The notes under the pieces: generated by a model
Seen by the model: the letters and a program-made list of their open reading frames with translations, nothing else
Databases searched by the model: none
What the model was told of the DNA's origin: nothing
Part shown: positions 31,933 to 45,364 of the stretch, piece after piece
Numbering within the stretch: position 1 is the stretch's first letter
Layout of the letters: each line of letters starts with the position of its first letter
Translations under genes and position numbers: made by a program
Assembly: GCA_965223795.1 (NCBI GenBank)
Contig: CBDCXL010000002.1
Coordinates: 706,596 to 770,595, forward strand
DNA: 64,000 nucleotides
Source: Nitrospinales bacterium
GTDB taxonomy: Bacteria > Nitrospinota > Nitrospinia > Nitrospinales > VA-1
Reading direction: 5' to 3'

Positions 31933-33705
31933 GTGAATCGATCGATACCGGAAAACATCATTGAGGAAATCCGTGCCCGCACGGATATCGTGGAGGTCGT
32001 ATCGGAAGTGGTGCTGCTCAAAAAGAGCGGCAAAAACCACAAGGGGCTTTGTCCGTTCCATGCGGAAAAAACGCCCTCCTTCACGGTGAGCCCGGACAAG
32101 CAGATCTACCATTGCTTCGGCTGCGGCGCCGGCGGCAATGTGTTCAAGTTCCTCATGGAGACGCGCAGTCTATCTTTCATTGAGGTGCTGAAGATTCTGG
32201 CCCCGCGCGCTTCGGTGACGCTGCCCTCGCCCGCCCGCAGCGGGCAGCAGGAAAAAGCCCACCGGGAACGCGAACGGCTGCTTCAGATCAACCGCTGGAC
32301 GGCGGACTATTTTCAACAGGCCCTGAAACATCCCGTTGCGGGCAAAGCGGCGAGGGAATACATTGAATCTCGTGACATCGAGGACCGCATCGTCGAGGAA
32401 TACCAGCTCGGGTGGGCGCCGCCGGGCTGGCGCAACCTGATCACGGCGGCGGGCAGAAAACGGGATGTTTCCCGGCAGGAGCTGGAAAAGGCGGGTCTGA
32501 TCGTCAAAAAAGAGAACGGCACGGACCATTACGACCGGTTTCGCGCCCGGATCCTGTTTCCGCTCAAGGATCTGTATGGATACACCGTCGGTTTCGCGGG
32601 CAGGGTGATCGATGAGGGCCAGCCCAAATACATGAACTCGCCGGAAACCGAGCTTTACAAAAAGAGCCGGATTCTGTTCGGCCTGGACAAGGCGCGCGAG
32701 GCGATCCGGCGGGAAAACCGGGTCTGCATCTTCGAGGGGTATTTCGACCAGATCCGCGCCGCCCAGCACGGGATCCGCCACACGGTGGCCACTTGCGGCA
32801 CCGCGCTGACCCCGGCGCAGGCCAGCCTGCTGAAAAACCACACGGACCACGCCGTTCTGGTGTTCGACGCGGACGCGGCGGGGCAGACAGCGGCGCAGCG
32901 GGGTTTCGATGTGCTTTTCGAGCACGGGATGAAGGTGAGCGTCATTGTTCTTCCGAACGGTCACGATCCGGATTCCTATATCCGGCAATTCGGCCCCGAA
33001 TCCTTTTTAAAACAAATTGAAAACGCCAGGCCCTTTATTGAATCTAATATAGAGAACGCCATCGCAAACGGAGATGTCCGGACCCCCTCCGGCCGGATGG
33101 AGATCGTCAACCAGGTGCTGCCGCTGCTGCTCAAGGTGAAAAACCCGCTCGAGCAGACCGAATGGGTGCGGTATTTTTCGGACCGGGTGGGCGTCGAAGA
33201 CAAAGCCCTGCACCAGCAGGTGAAACAGGCCTTGAGCCAGAACCGGAAAACGGTCGCTGCCCCGGCCCAACCCGCCCGGAGCAAACAGGATCCGGAGCTG
33301 TATTTAGTTCACTTGATGCTGGCCGATAAGGAAATTGCCGGAATCGTTCAGAACCGCATCGCTCTGGATGAATTCAGCGACCAGCAACTGCGCACGGTGG
33401 CCGGCATGATTTACGAGCTTCTGGACAAGGGACAGCCGGTCCAGATCGACCGCCTGGTGGACCGGACGGAACGGCCGGAAATCAAGACGCTGCTCACGCG
33501 CATCGGCATGCAGCCGATCGCTTTCGAAAAACCGGACCAGGCGGCGGACGACTGCCTGCGGGGAATGCGGAAACGCAACCTGGAAGCGAAAATCAAGGAA
33601 CTGAAACGGCAACGGAGCGAGGCGGAAAAGGCCGGCGAGTCGGAGCGTTCCCGGGAGATCCACAGCCGGCTGCGCGAGCTTCAGATGACTGTGTCTCCCG
33701 GATGA
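31933..33705 (+). CDS. dnaG: DNA primase
   Basis: CPFHAEKTPSF..CFGC zinc finger; KYMNSPET, EGYFD and FDADAAG (TOPRIM). Confidence 0.98.
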   Translation: MNRSIPENIIEEIRARTDIVEVVSEVVLLKKSGKNHKGLCPFHAEKTPSFTVSPDKQIYHCFGCGAGGNVFKFLMETRSLSFIEVLKILAPRASVTLPSPARSGQQEKAHRERERLLQINRWTADYFQQALKHPVAGKAAREYIESRDIEDRIVEEYQLGWAPPGWRNLITAAGRKRDVSRQELEKAGLIVKKENGTDHYDRFRARILFPLKDLYGYTVGFAGRVIDEGQPKYMNSPETELYKKSRILFGLDKAREAIRRENRVCIFEGYFDQIRAAQHGIRHTVATCGTALTPAQASLLKNHTDHAVLVFDADAAGQTAAQRGFDVLFEHGMKVSVIVLPNGHDPDSYIRQFGPESFLKQIENARPFIESNIENAIANGDVRTPSGRMEIVNQVLPLLLKVKNPLEQTEWVRYFSDRVGVEDKALHQQVKQALSQNRKTVAAPAQPARSKQDPELYLVHLMLADKEIAGIVQNRIALDEFSDQQLRTVAGMIYELLDKGQPVQIDRLVDRTERPEIKTLLTRIGMQPIAFEKPDQAADDCLRGMRKRNLEAKIKELKRQRSEAEKAGESERSREIHSRLRELQMTVSPG

Positions 33706-33767
33706 ACAGTGAATAAACCGGACATGAACCCATCACCCCGTTCTTTTTTTTAGGAGAAACCGCGGCA

Positions 33768-35540
<1,773 letters not shown>

Positions 35541-35554
35541 CCCCTTAGGCACGG

Positions 35555-35631
35555 GGGCCCATAGCTCAGTTGGTTAGAGCCCCCGGCTCATAACCGGGTT
35601 GTCCCAGGTTCGAATCCTGGTGGGCCCACCA
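35555..35631 (+). tRNA. tRNA with CAT anticodon, most likely tRNA-Ile2 (lysidine)
   Basis: Cloverleaf GGGCCCA/TGGGCCC, anticodon loop CT-CAT-AA, GGTTCGAAT, encoded CCA; the paired G1-C72 excludes an initiator tRNA; position after rpoD. Confidence 0.92.
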
Positions 35632-35747
35632 ATCCTGCGCGGATGGCGAGTTTGCTCACGACGCGCAGTCCTTTTTGATTTCGGTTCGAACTTTTTCTCC
35701 CGGCCTCGACCAATCCTGCGCGGATGGCGAATTTGCTCACAAAGGGC
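35628..35747 (+). repeat. tRNA-linked direct repeat, period 81 bp
   Basis: ACCAATCCTGCGCGGATGGCGA(G/A)TTTGCTCAC at 35628 and 35709, 31/32 identical. Confidence 0.92.
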
Positions 35748-35800
35748 AAGGACGTTTTACCGGAACTACAGACGGTTTCTGCATAAAAATCATCGAAATC

Positions 35801-35838
35801 AATGGGTCGCGGTTCAAATCGCGGCCCATTTTTTTTTG
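35801..35838 (+). terminator. Intrinsic terminator after the tRNA and its repeats
   Basis: AATGGGTCGCGG...TCGCGGCCCATT followed by a T run. Confidence 0.75.
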
Positions 35839-36126
35839 GAAGCATTCAACCACACTTCCCAATCCATTCTTTTTTATTAAGGAAAAACAGGAGAGCCGCG
35901 CGTATAGATATTATCCAGGCGTTGACGGGAATCCCGGTTGTGACTTGGAAATGAACTCATCCAAGAAATATGCAGGCTACTTTCTTTCGTTGCGGCATCG
36001 ATTTCCGGATTTTGAAGTTGCCGCTCATTATCCTGCAGGTGCCCCCGCCCATAAGCCTGATTTCGGGTTAAGCCGGGAATAGATTTTTTTCCATGTCTCA
36101 ATCGATTTATCAATCACCCGCTACGC

Positions 36127-37650
36127 TTATAAGCCAACGGGAATATCCCTGTAATCAAAAACCGCATTGGTGATGACTCCGTTATCCAATTTCAATTCGG
36201 TTTTTACGATTTTAGCTCCTCCTTCAAAGGCGTTTTTGACAGCGGCACGGACTTCTTTCCAGTCCGAAACTTTTCCGGTCAATCGCACCACTCCGTTTTC
36301 TACGGTAACAATGATGTCATCCTGGTCCACAAGAAAACTCCAAAACAACTCATCCCGCACATCCTCGTAAATTTCCAGATCGTTTTTCCAGGGCCAGGTA
36401 GACCGGACAGACAAATTATTTTCAATGCCCTCCACCCCCTTCACTACGGATACGACCTTTTCCACCAAGGCTTTATCTTTGAGAGCGTTTACTTCCCCAT
36501 TCAATCTGACTTTTTTTTCATCAACTGTAACCTCAATTTCAAACTTGCCGGTCAGCGGATGCGATGCGAGTGCCTCTTGGACAAGAGACTTCAATTTCCC
36601 TTCTTCAATGAGGGCTTGCTCATTCACTACCAGCAGATTATTGACGACCTGCCTCACACCAACCGTATTGGAAGCATCCTGCTCGGCCGCTTTTTTTGTC
36701 ATCAAGCGCCCCACTTTCCCAGTCAGGGTCACCACTCCATCTTCTACCAGGATATCAATGGAAAAGGGTTCCACCCTTGGATCCAACGCTAAAGTTTCTT
36801 CGACAGTTTTTTTGATTTCATCGTCTTTCAGGTTTTCCTCTGGATTTATTCTGAGAAGATCGTTTTTACGAATCCAAGAATTGATGATCAGAGCATCATC
36901 ATCGACCTCCTTGACTCCTGTAGTCCAGGAATTGAAGATCACTCTATTTTTTTCTTCTTCGCTGCCAACCACTCCATTGAGAATCACTTTTCCGTTCTTT
37001 ACATGAATATGAATTGCCTGATCAAAAATCCACACGTTGGACTTGAGGCGGCGCTGAATTTCAGCTTTGATCTCACGATCGGACCGGGTGGATGGTTTAT
37101 CCATTTCAATGACATTTTTAATTTTCTTGACGCCTTTGACACTTTTTGCAACCTCTGATGCCATAATTTTTTCCTGCGGTGAGTCTACTTTTCCACCCAG
37201 TGTGACCACGCCGTCTTCAACGTTTACCGTGATTTCATGAGCTTCCGTTGCGGGATCCCGCTCAAGAGCTTGCTCAATGTCCTGAACAATCGCTTCATCT
37301 GACTTTTTTTCCGGAATCACCTCAATCTGATCGACCACGGCTCGAACCCCCTGTATCGTTTGCACGATTTCTACAATCCGTTCTTTAGCCAGAAGGTTTG
37401 AAACGATTCCTGATACGGTCACTATTCCATTCTGGGTACTCACGTCGATCTGCAAAGCGTCCAAGGAGATATCATTAATATAAAAACTTTTCTGGATCGC
37501 GGAATTGATATTTTTATCGGTTATCTTTGGAATGAGTGCCCAAACAGAAGATGTCACACCAAGGCAAGCTATGACAATCAGACAGAGAGACAATAAATAC
37601 GCCCGCACGATTTTTTTATTCGCAAATTTTGTTTTTCTTCGAACTAACAT
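36127..37650 (-). CDS. Exported protein with six tandem BON domains
   Basis: Six ~70-aa repeats with the D..I...V.V..G.V.L.G.V pattern; signal peptide; AT-richer codon usage. Confidence 0.9.
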   Translation of the reverse strand: MLVRRKTKFANKKIVRAYLLSLCLIVIACLGVTSSVWALIPKITDKNINSAIQKSFYINDISLDALQIDVSTQNGIVTVSGIVSNLLAKERIVEIVQTIQGVRAVVDQIEVIPEKKSDEAIVQDIEQALERDPATEAHEITVNVEDGVVTLGGKVDSPQEKIMASEVAKSVKGVKKIKNVIEMDKPSTRSDREIKAEIQRRLKSNVWIFDQAIHIHVKNGKVILNGVVGSEEEKNRVIFNSWTTGVKEVDDDALIINSWIRKNDLLRINPEENLKDDEIKKTVEETLALDPRVEPFSIDILVEDGVVTLTGKVGRLMTKKAAEQDASNTVGVRQVVNNLLVVNEQALIEEGKLKSLVQEALASHPLTGKFEIEVTVDEKKVRLNGEVNALKDKALVEKVVSVVKGVEGIENNLSVRSTWPWKNDLEIYEDVRDELFWSFLVDQDDIIVTVENGVVRLTGKVSDWKEVRAAVKNAFEGGAKIVKTELKLDNGVITNAVFDYRDIPVGL

Positions 37651-37734
37651 AATCCCACCCCTAATAGTTAACAACGTTCCATGCAGCCATCACGAATCTT
37701 CCATAGAATTCTTTACTGAACCTGACGAAAACGA

Positions 37735-37782
37735 AAAATATCCGGCCTCTATTAAATTGAAAAAGAGGCCGGATATTTTTTT
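37735..37782. terminator. Hairpin / terminator
   Basis: AAAATATCCGGCCTCT ... AGAGGCCGGATATTTT inverted repeat. Confidence 0.7.
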
Positions 37783-37783
37783 G

Positions 37784-37972
37784 TCAGGCTGCCATTTTCC
37801 ATTCTTGTTTGTCTTGATTCTCATTCGTTACCGGGTTGTCGAGCGGCACCCTGTAGCCGCCTTTTCGGATTTTCTGATAAATCAGTTCACCTGTGAATGC
37901 GATGGCAATGATCCCGACAAGTGCAACCGAAAATACGTTAAAAATGGATACATTCATCAGAAATTCAAACAT
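37784..37972 (-). CDS. Small single-TM hypothetical protein
   Basis: 62 aa, one hydrophobic helix, strong AGGAGG SD. Confidence 0.65.
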   Translation of the reverse strand: MFEFLMNVSIFNVFSVALVGIIAIAFTGELIYQKIRKGGYRVPLDNPVTNENQDKQEWKMAA

Positions 37973-38403
37973 TGCTCATTCCCTCCTTTGATGAACAAGA
38001 AAATAAAAACAGTTGCCAAGGCGAGGCAATCCGCTCTTGGCTTGTACCGGTTGTCTTTTAATTCAATAAAATGAGAAAAAGGCTATGGCAAGCTTGGAAA
38101 AGTAAAATTTTTTTAATTTGATTCTATGATTGGATGTCCGAAAGGCACTGAGCAGGCACGGAAGGCGCGCGGTGGATGGAAATCTTGATCCCGAAAAAAT
38201 TAAAAACTTTTAATATTCTTGACTTTTAAAAAAGCGATTTTATCTCTCGCACAACAAAACAATTGCCCGGGAGGGCGGCGGCGAAAAACATTTTAATACC
38301 TTAAATTCAACTACTTAAAGGGGATAGCGAATTCGCTCAATACTGTTTTACTTAAACTGTTTTTCGCGCCTCATCATTCAATATTTTTCATCGGAGGTTT
38401 GTC

Positions 38404-38709
38404 ATGAAAAAGCTGGTGGTTCTGATGATTGCAGCAGCATTTTGCGTCGTTGGTTCAGGAGTCGCTTTGGCAGATGAACCTGCACCCCTTGAATGGGATC
38501 GTCATGCAGTTTGGACCAAATGGTCTGAAGAAGACGGCAATCGCTCTCCGGATAAGCCAGGCACCATGGAAACTCCTTCTGGCGCCAAAGAGAATGTGAC
38601 GATTCACACCACAAGCAATATGGATCGGACGGACTTTGTTTCCGGGTTCGATTTCATACGAGAAACCAAGGAATATGATTATTCAAGAGAAAAGGGGAAT
38701 TCTGCCTGA
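38404..38709 (+). CDS. Small exported hypothetical protein
   Basis: GGAGG SD, MKK...ALA signal peptide, terminator at 38742-38773. Confidence 0.8.
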   Translation: MKKLVVLMIAAAFCVVGSGVALADEPAPLEWDRHAVWTKWSEEDGNRSPDKPGTMETPSGAKENVTIHTTSNMDRTDFVSGFDFIRETKEYDYSREKGNSA

Positions 38710-38982
38710 TTTGAGTCTTGCTTCGTTGGTTTGAATAATTGAGCGGCTTCTCCTTAGGAGAAGCCGCTTTTTTCATTGTTTCTCAAATTTATATTCAATG
38801 AATGGATGCGGGATAAAAGTAATACAAATATCATGCTGCACAATGAGTTTAATAAAAAACTGCTTCTTTTGACTGTTATCTTAATAGTCGTGTCCTACAT
38901 CTATACAAGCTGGTGATTCATTCAATTGCATGAAATTGGCCTGCCTTTGTCAATCACACCGGCTTTCAGTTCAGTGATTCGA

Positions 38983-40494
<1,512 letters not shown>

Positions 40495-40657
40495 GGCGCG
40501 ATGGCTCCCCGTTGACGTCGTTGGCTGTAGCGATATTTCGTCACTCCCCCGGATTCTAGCACGATATCTCATCAATAGCGATTTTTCGCGACAACGCCAC
40601 ACCCGCCCAAAACCAGCCAACTCAATATATTTCAATGATTAATTTGACCACCGCCCG

Positions 40658-40674
40658 CTGGCACGCAACCTGCT
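40658..40674 (+). promoter_or_regulatory. sigma54 -24/-12 promoter
   Basis: CTGGCACGCAACCTGCT, near-consensus. Confidence 0.85.
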
Positions 40675-40734
40675 CTACCCCCTTTTAGAAAACAGACGCA
40701 AGTCCAACTTCAATTTGATTCGGAGGTTAAAACG

Positions 40735-41472
40735 ATGACGCAGAAAACCAAAACCGCATTGATCACCGGAGCCTCGAGCGGCATCGGTCTCGACGCCGCC
40801 AAGGGGTTCCTGGCAAACGGATTCAACCTGGTGCTCAACTCCCGCAGTGCGGAAAAGCTGGAGGAAGCCGCGCTGTCTTTGAACGCGGTGAACCGCATCG
40901 CCCTGGTCGCGGGCGACATCGGCGACCGCACGACCGGGGAACGAATGGTCGCCGCCGCCGTCGACCGCTTCGGCGGTGTGGATGTGCTGGTGAACAACGC
41001 CGGCATCTTCGGGTTGAAGCCGTTTTTGGAAAACACCGAGGCCGACCTCGACCGCTACATCCACATCAACCTCAAGGGCACGTATTTCGTCACCCAGGCG
41101 GTGGTGCGGCAGATGAAAAAGCAGGGCGGCGGCAACATCGTCAACATCGGCACCGTCCTCATCAACCATTCGATGGCCGGGCTTCCCGCCAGCGCCGCGC
41201 TGATCACCAAAGGCGGCGTGCACGCGCTGACCACCAGCCTGGCGAGCGAGCTGGCGGCGGATCGTATCCAGGTCAACGCCGTCGCTCCGGGCGTGATCCG
41301 CACCCCCATTTACGGCGATTCGGATATGGACGCGTTCGGCGGCGTCGCCCTGATGAACCGTGTGGGCGAAGTGCAGGAGATCACCGACGCGGTGCTGCAT
41401 CTGGCCACAGCGAGTTTCACGACCGGCGTCATTCTGCCGGTGGACGGCGGCTACGTCAGCGGCCGCAACTGA
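40735..41472 (+). CDS. Short-chain dehydrogenase/reductase
   Basis: TGASSGIG, VNNAG and VNAVAPG motifs; catalytic YxxxK replaced by ALITK. Confidence 0.92.
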   Translation: MTQKTKTALITGASSGIGLDAAKGFLANGFNLVLNSRSAEKLEEAALSLNAVNRIALVAGDIGDRTTGERMVAAAVDRFGGVDVLVNNAGIFGLKPFLENTEADLDRYIHINLKGTYFVTQAVVRQMKKQGGGNIVNIGTVLINHSMAGLPASAALITKGGVHALTTSLASELAADRIQVNAVAPGVIRTPIYGDSDMDAFGGVALMNRVGEVQEITDAVLHLATASFTTGVILPVDGGYVSGRN

Positions 41473-41501
41473 ACCGAAACAATTCCCAAAGGAGAAAGAC
41501 C

Positions 41502-41849
41502 ATGAACCCGAAACAAGCCACAGCCAGTCATGAAGTCCGACAGGTCCACGATGCGGATTTCGAATCCTCGGTGATCCAGTCCGGCAAACCGGTGCTGGTG
41601 GATTTCTGGGCGGACTGGTGCCAGCCCTGCCATCAGATCGCTCCCGCCGTGCAGGCGCTGGCGGAAGAGTACGGAGACCGCGTCCGGGTGGCGAAGCTGA
41701 ACGTGGACGAAAATCCGGCGAGCGCCGCGAAATACGGCATCCGCAGCATTCCCGCCCTGCTGCTGTTCAAGGACGGGCAGGTCGTCAAACAGATGGTGGG
41801 CGTGCGGCCCAAGCAGGAAATCGCGCGCGGCATCGAAGCGCATCTCTGA
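41502..41849 (+). CDS. trxA: Thioredoxin
   Basis: VLVDFWADWCQPC and YGIRSIP motifs. Confidence 0.93.
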   Translation: MNPKQATASHEVRQVHDADFESSVIQSGKPVLVDFWADWCQPCHQIAPAVQALAEEYGDRVRVAKLNVDENPASAAKYGIRSIPALLLFKDGQVVKQMVGVRPKQEIARGIEAHL

Positions 41850-41906
41850 TCCTTTCCAAGTCGAACAAAACCAAATACAAATCCTTAACAGAAAGGAAAA
41901 CACAAA

Positions 41907-42269
41907 ATGAAAACAGCTATCGTTGTACTTTCCGATCCTAAAAACGGCTCCGAGGAATCGCTGGGCCGCGTCTTCAACGCTCTGGCGGCGGCATACGATT
42001 TCAAGAACGCCGGCAAAGACGTTTCCATCCTGTTTCAGGGCGCAGGCACCCGCTGGCCGGAGGTTCTGCAGAAGGAGGACCACCCCGCGCACGATCTGTT
42101 CGAGGCGGTGACGGACAAGATCGAAGGCGTGTCCTGCGCCTGCGCGGAAGTGTTCGGCGCCGACACCACCGGTTACGACCTCATCAAGGACAATTCGGTT
42201 CCGAAAACCACCGGCCTGCCCAGCCTGAGCAAACTGCAGGAACAGGGTTACAACGTGCTCACTTTCTAA
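41907..42269 (+). CDS. DsrE/DsrF-like protein
   Basis: GRVFNAL, FQGAGTRW, SCACA and GYNVLTF motifs. Confidence 0.75.
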   Translation: MKTAIVVLSDPKNGSEESLGRVFNALAAAYDFKNAGKDVSILFQGAGTRWPEVLQKEDHPAHDLFEAVTDKIEGVSCACAEVFGADTTGYDLIKDNSVPKTTGLPSLSKLQEQGYNVLTF

Positions 42270-42341
42270 CAACCGGACACCCCCCTGCCTCAAGCAGGGG
42301 GTGTTCGATTCTCACACACTTAGAGGAAAGGACGGCGCACC

Positions 42342-42911
42342 ATGACTCAGAATTTCACCGAACTCGCGTTCACCGATGGTGTCAAAGCGCAGCAGGAAAA
42401 ATACGGCACACGGCCCTCATATGCAAAAATGGAGACGGCCGGGGACTTCCGCAACCGGCTGACCTGGCAGGAGAAAGGTTACATCGAGGGCCGGGACGGA
42501 TTTTACCTGGCCTCGGCCGGGGAAAACAGCTGGCCTTACATGCAGTTTCGCGGCGGCCCCAAAGGGTTTCTCAAAGTGCTGGACGAACGCACGCTGGCCT
42601 ACGCCGATTTTCGCGGCAACGGGCAATACATCAGCACGGGGAATCTGCTCGACAACAACAAGACGGTGCTGTTCCTCATGGATTACGCCGGGCAAAAACG
42701 GCTCAAGGTCTGGGCGGAAGCGAAGATCCTGGACGCCGCGGAGAATCCTAAGCTGCTGCAACAGGTCGTCGATCCGCAGTACGACGCGAAGGCCGAGCGT
42801 ATCGTCGTGCTCAAGGTGCAGGCGTTCGACTGGAACTGCCCGCAGCACATCACGCCGCGGTTTACGCAAGAAGAAGTGGAAAAGCGGCGGGTCGAACAGA
42901 TACACTCTTAA
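42342..42911 (+). CDS. Pyridoxamine 5'-phosphate oxidase-like FMN-binding protein
   Basis: WPYMQFRGGPKGFL, ADFRGNGQYISTGNL and FDWNCPQHITPR motifs. Confidence 0.9.
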   Translation: MTQNFTELAFTDGVKAQQEKYGTRPSYAKMETAGDFRNRLTWQEKGYIEGRDGFYLASAGENSWPYMQFRGGPKGFLKVLDERTLAYADFRGNGQYISTGNLLDNNKTVLFLMDYAGQKRLKVWAEAKILDAAENPKLLQQVVDPQYDAKAERIVVLKVQAFDWNCPQHITPRFTQEEVEKRRVEQIHS

Positions 42912-42961
42912 AGCGACAACACCTTCATGCACGCATCCAGCCGATTCAGGGATCCATCGCC

Positions 42962-43375
42962 ATGATCGTCATCCGAAAAATCGACCACATCGTGCTGCGC
43001 ACCGAAAACCCGGACGATTTGATCGCCTTCTACCGCGATGTGCTGGGCTGCGCGGTCGAACGGCAACTGGGTAAAGAAGTGGGCCTCACGCAGCTTCGTG
43101 CCGGTGAGTGCCTGATCGACATCGTCGACGTCAAAAGCGAACTCGGCAGGACGGGCGGCGGCGCACCGACTTCAGGCGCAAACAATCTGGATCATTTCTG
43201 CCTGCAGGTGGAGCCGTTCGACGAAGCGGCGCTGATCCGTTATTTACAGGAGAAACAGATCGCAACGACGGAGTTTGTGACGCGCTACGGCGCCCAGGGC
43301 AATGGCCGCTCTATCTATATTGAGGATCCGGACGGCAACACGGTCGAGCTGCGCGCCGCAAAGTCCGGCGGCTGA
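42962..43375 (+). CDS. VOC/glyoxalase family protein
   Basis: IDHIVLR, NLDHFCL and IYIEDPDGNTVEL motifs. Confidence 0.92.
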   Translation: MIVIRKIDHIVLRTENPDDLIAFYRDVLGCAVERQLGKEVGLTQLRAGECLIDIVDVKSELGRTGGGAPTSGANNLDHFCLQVEPFDEAALIRYLQEKQIATTEFVTRYGAQGNGRSIYIEDPDGNTVELRAAKSGG

Positions 43376-43493
43376 ACCGCGTTTTGATGCTGCGGATTCT
43401 CATCCGCGGCGATTCAAGCTTCTCTGAAAAGAAGACGATCAATCAGTAGACGAATTTTTTAGCGGCAAGAGCAGCACAACCCGCGGATACAGC

Positions 43494-44297
43494 ATGAAGA
43501 ACAGTCCGGAATACGAGCAGACACGGGTCGAGTTTGAAGAGGAATGGTCGCGCAGCGACATCGAAGACCTGCTGAAGACCAACGATTACCCGCGCGCCCG
43601 GCAGGAGCGGGATCTTTACGAATCCTTTCTGCCCAGGGGTGAACTCATACTGGAAGCGGGCTGCGGCCTGGGTCCGAAAGTCCTCTACTTCCGCGAACAG
43701 GGCCACCGGATCGTGGGGCTGGATTTTGTTTTCTCCGCGTTGAACCGGCTCAAGCGTTTTCGCGCGGACCTGCCTCTCGCCTGCGCCGATGTGCATCATT
43801 GCCCTTTTCCGGACAACACATTCGGGGCCTACCTTTCCTACGGCGTGGTCGAGCATTTTCCGGACGGTCCGGAGGAAGCGATCCGGGAAGCCCGCCGCAT
43901 CCTGAAACCGGGCGGCGTCCTTTTGATGATGGTTCCGGCGGACAATGTTTTGAGCCGGTTCATTCATGATCCTGATAATGTCCTCAACCGGCTGCGTAAG
44001 AATCCCTGGATTCGCCGCATCGCAGGAAAACCCGGCATTGGCGGCGCGCACGATCACGATTTATACATGAAGCTGCACAGCAAACAGGAAGTGCGCCAAA
44101 TTTTAGCGGCCGCTGATTTCCAAATTGAAGTTGAGGCGCCGGTGTCTCACAGTTTTTCACTGTTCATGCTTTGCGAGTGCTTTCAAAAAGACGCCCTGGG
44201 TCAGACCACCCGAACGGCAGAACGCATCGCCGCCATTCTGAAAAAAATCGCCCCCTGGGGCACGGCCAATCACCTGCTCTTCGTTGCCAGGAAATAA
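43494..44297 (+). CDS. Class I SAM-dependent methyltransferase
   Basis: ILEAGCGLG, GVVEHF and RILKPGG motifs. Confidence 0.9.
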   Translation: MKNSPEYEQTRVEFEEEWSRSDIEDLLKTNDYPRARQERDLYESFLPRGELILEAGCGLGPKVLYFREQGHRIVGLDFVFSALNRLKRFRADLPLACADVHHCPFPDNTFGAYLSYGVVEHFPDGPEEAIREARRILKPGGVLLMMVPADNVLSRFIHDPDNVLNRLRKNPWIRRIAGKPGIGGAHDHDLYMKLHSKQEVRQILAAADFQIEVEAPVSHSFSLFMLCECFQKDALGQTTRTAERIAAILKKIAPWGTANHLLFVARK

Positions 44298-44305
44298 AAA
44301 TAGTT

Positions 44306-45037
44306 CTACATCGCAGCCACCGCTTGCCGCCCCCTCTCCCAGAGCCGCCACGCCACAGCCAGGTTGATCAGCACGAGCAGGGGTACGCCCATCATGGACG
44401 CGACCGACATGGGATAGGTGAGCACGGCGAGGGAATCCGGAGTGCCGGTGAACACCTGCAGCGGGCCGGGCATGCCGAGCTGCAGCATGATGGGCGCCGC
44501 GGGCACGATGACCCCAAAACCGATCGCGTTCCAGATCAGGAAGCCTCGCTGGCTGAGTTCCCCCCGCCGGGCTTTGACCGCGATAAAGATCGCGGAGATG
44601 CCGAACAGCAGATCGGGAATGCCCACGGCGATTTCAAAAGCGAGGGGAAACTGCCCGGTAAAGGTTTTGTATGTGGTGCCGAGCGCCGCCAGCCGGATGG
44701 CGTGAAACCAGGCGAACACATGCCAGGGCGTGTCGTCCACGATGCGGCGGATGCCGCTGCGAACACGGCCGAACAGGATCACCGGGGCCGCGATCGCGGT
44801 GACGGGGATCAGCTGCAGCCAAAATCCCGGCAGCCAGGGAAGCAGATTTTCGGAAACGTACATCCCCCGCGATCCGGCCCAGACACTCACAAAACCACAA
44901 AACACAATCCACAGGAAATAAGCATAGACGGGCCGCACCGCCTCCGAGACCCGATCGCGCCGGCCGCTGCGCCACGCGACGGCAAACAGAAACGTCCATT
45001 CCAACGCCAGCAGTAAAAAAGTTGAGGAAAATTTCAT
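44306..45037 (-). CDS. Multi-TM hypothetical membrane protein
   Basis: About 6 hydrophobic segments; GGGAGGG SD. Confidence 0.8.
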   Translation of the reverse strand: MKFSSTFLLLALEWTFLFAVAWRSGRRDRVSEAVRPVYAYFLWIVFCGFVSVWAGSRGMYVSENLLPWLPGFWLQLIPVTAIAAPVILFGRVRSGIRRIVDDTPWHVFAWFHAIRLAALGTTYKTFTGQFPLAFEIAVGIPDLLFGISAIFIAVKARRGELSQRGFLIWNAIGFGVIVPAAPIMLQLGMPGPLQVFTGTPDSLAVLTYPMSVASMMGVPLLVLINLAVAWRLWERGRQAVAAM

Positions 45038-45085
45038 GACCGCCCTCCCCTCAGACAGAATGCGTTTTCAATTCCACTCATTTAA

Positions 45086-45126
45086 GTGCATATGCACACA
45101 TTAGGAGCATATACACCTATATTCAA
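45086..45126 (-). promoter_or_regulatory. sigma70 promoter with two operator-like palindromes
   Basis: Minus-strand TTGAAT-17-TAATGT; GTGCATATGCAC (45086-45097) and GAGCATATACAC (45105-45116) flank the -10. Confidence 0.6.
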
Positions 45127-45364
45127 AAAAACAAGGCTTTTTTTGTTGTCAATATTCAGCAAAAATTTTTTACGAAACGATTCCGCCATGTTGCAGAGGA
45201 AGCAAACCAGCCGGGCTGACGTTTTTAAAATGGCGGGAACCGGACTGCGAAGACGACTGCGCCGGAGCGCATTCTCCGGTTGCGATTTCAAAAACCGCAC
45301 CTATCTTTTAATTAGGAATTGCGACGTCCCACACTTCATCGACAACCCATCTTGAGGCTCCCTC

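Noticed and set aside
35588-35845. 85-aa minus-strand ORF with a repeated SK.AIRAGLV peptide
   Set aside because: It overlaps the tRNA antisense and is only the translation of the DNA repeat.
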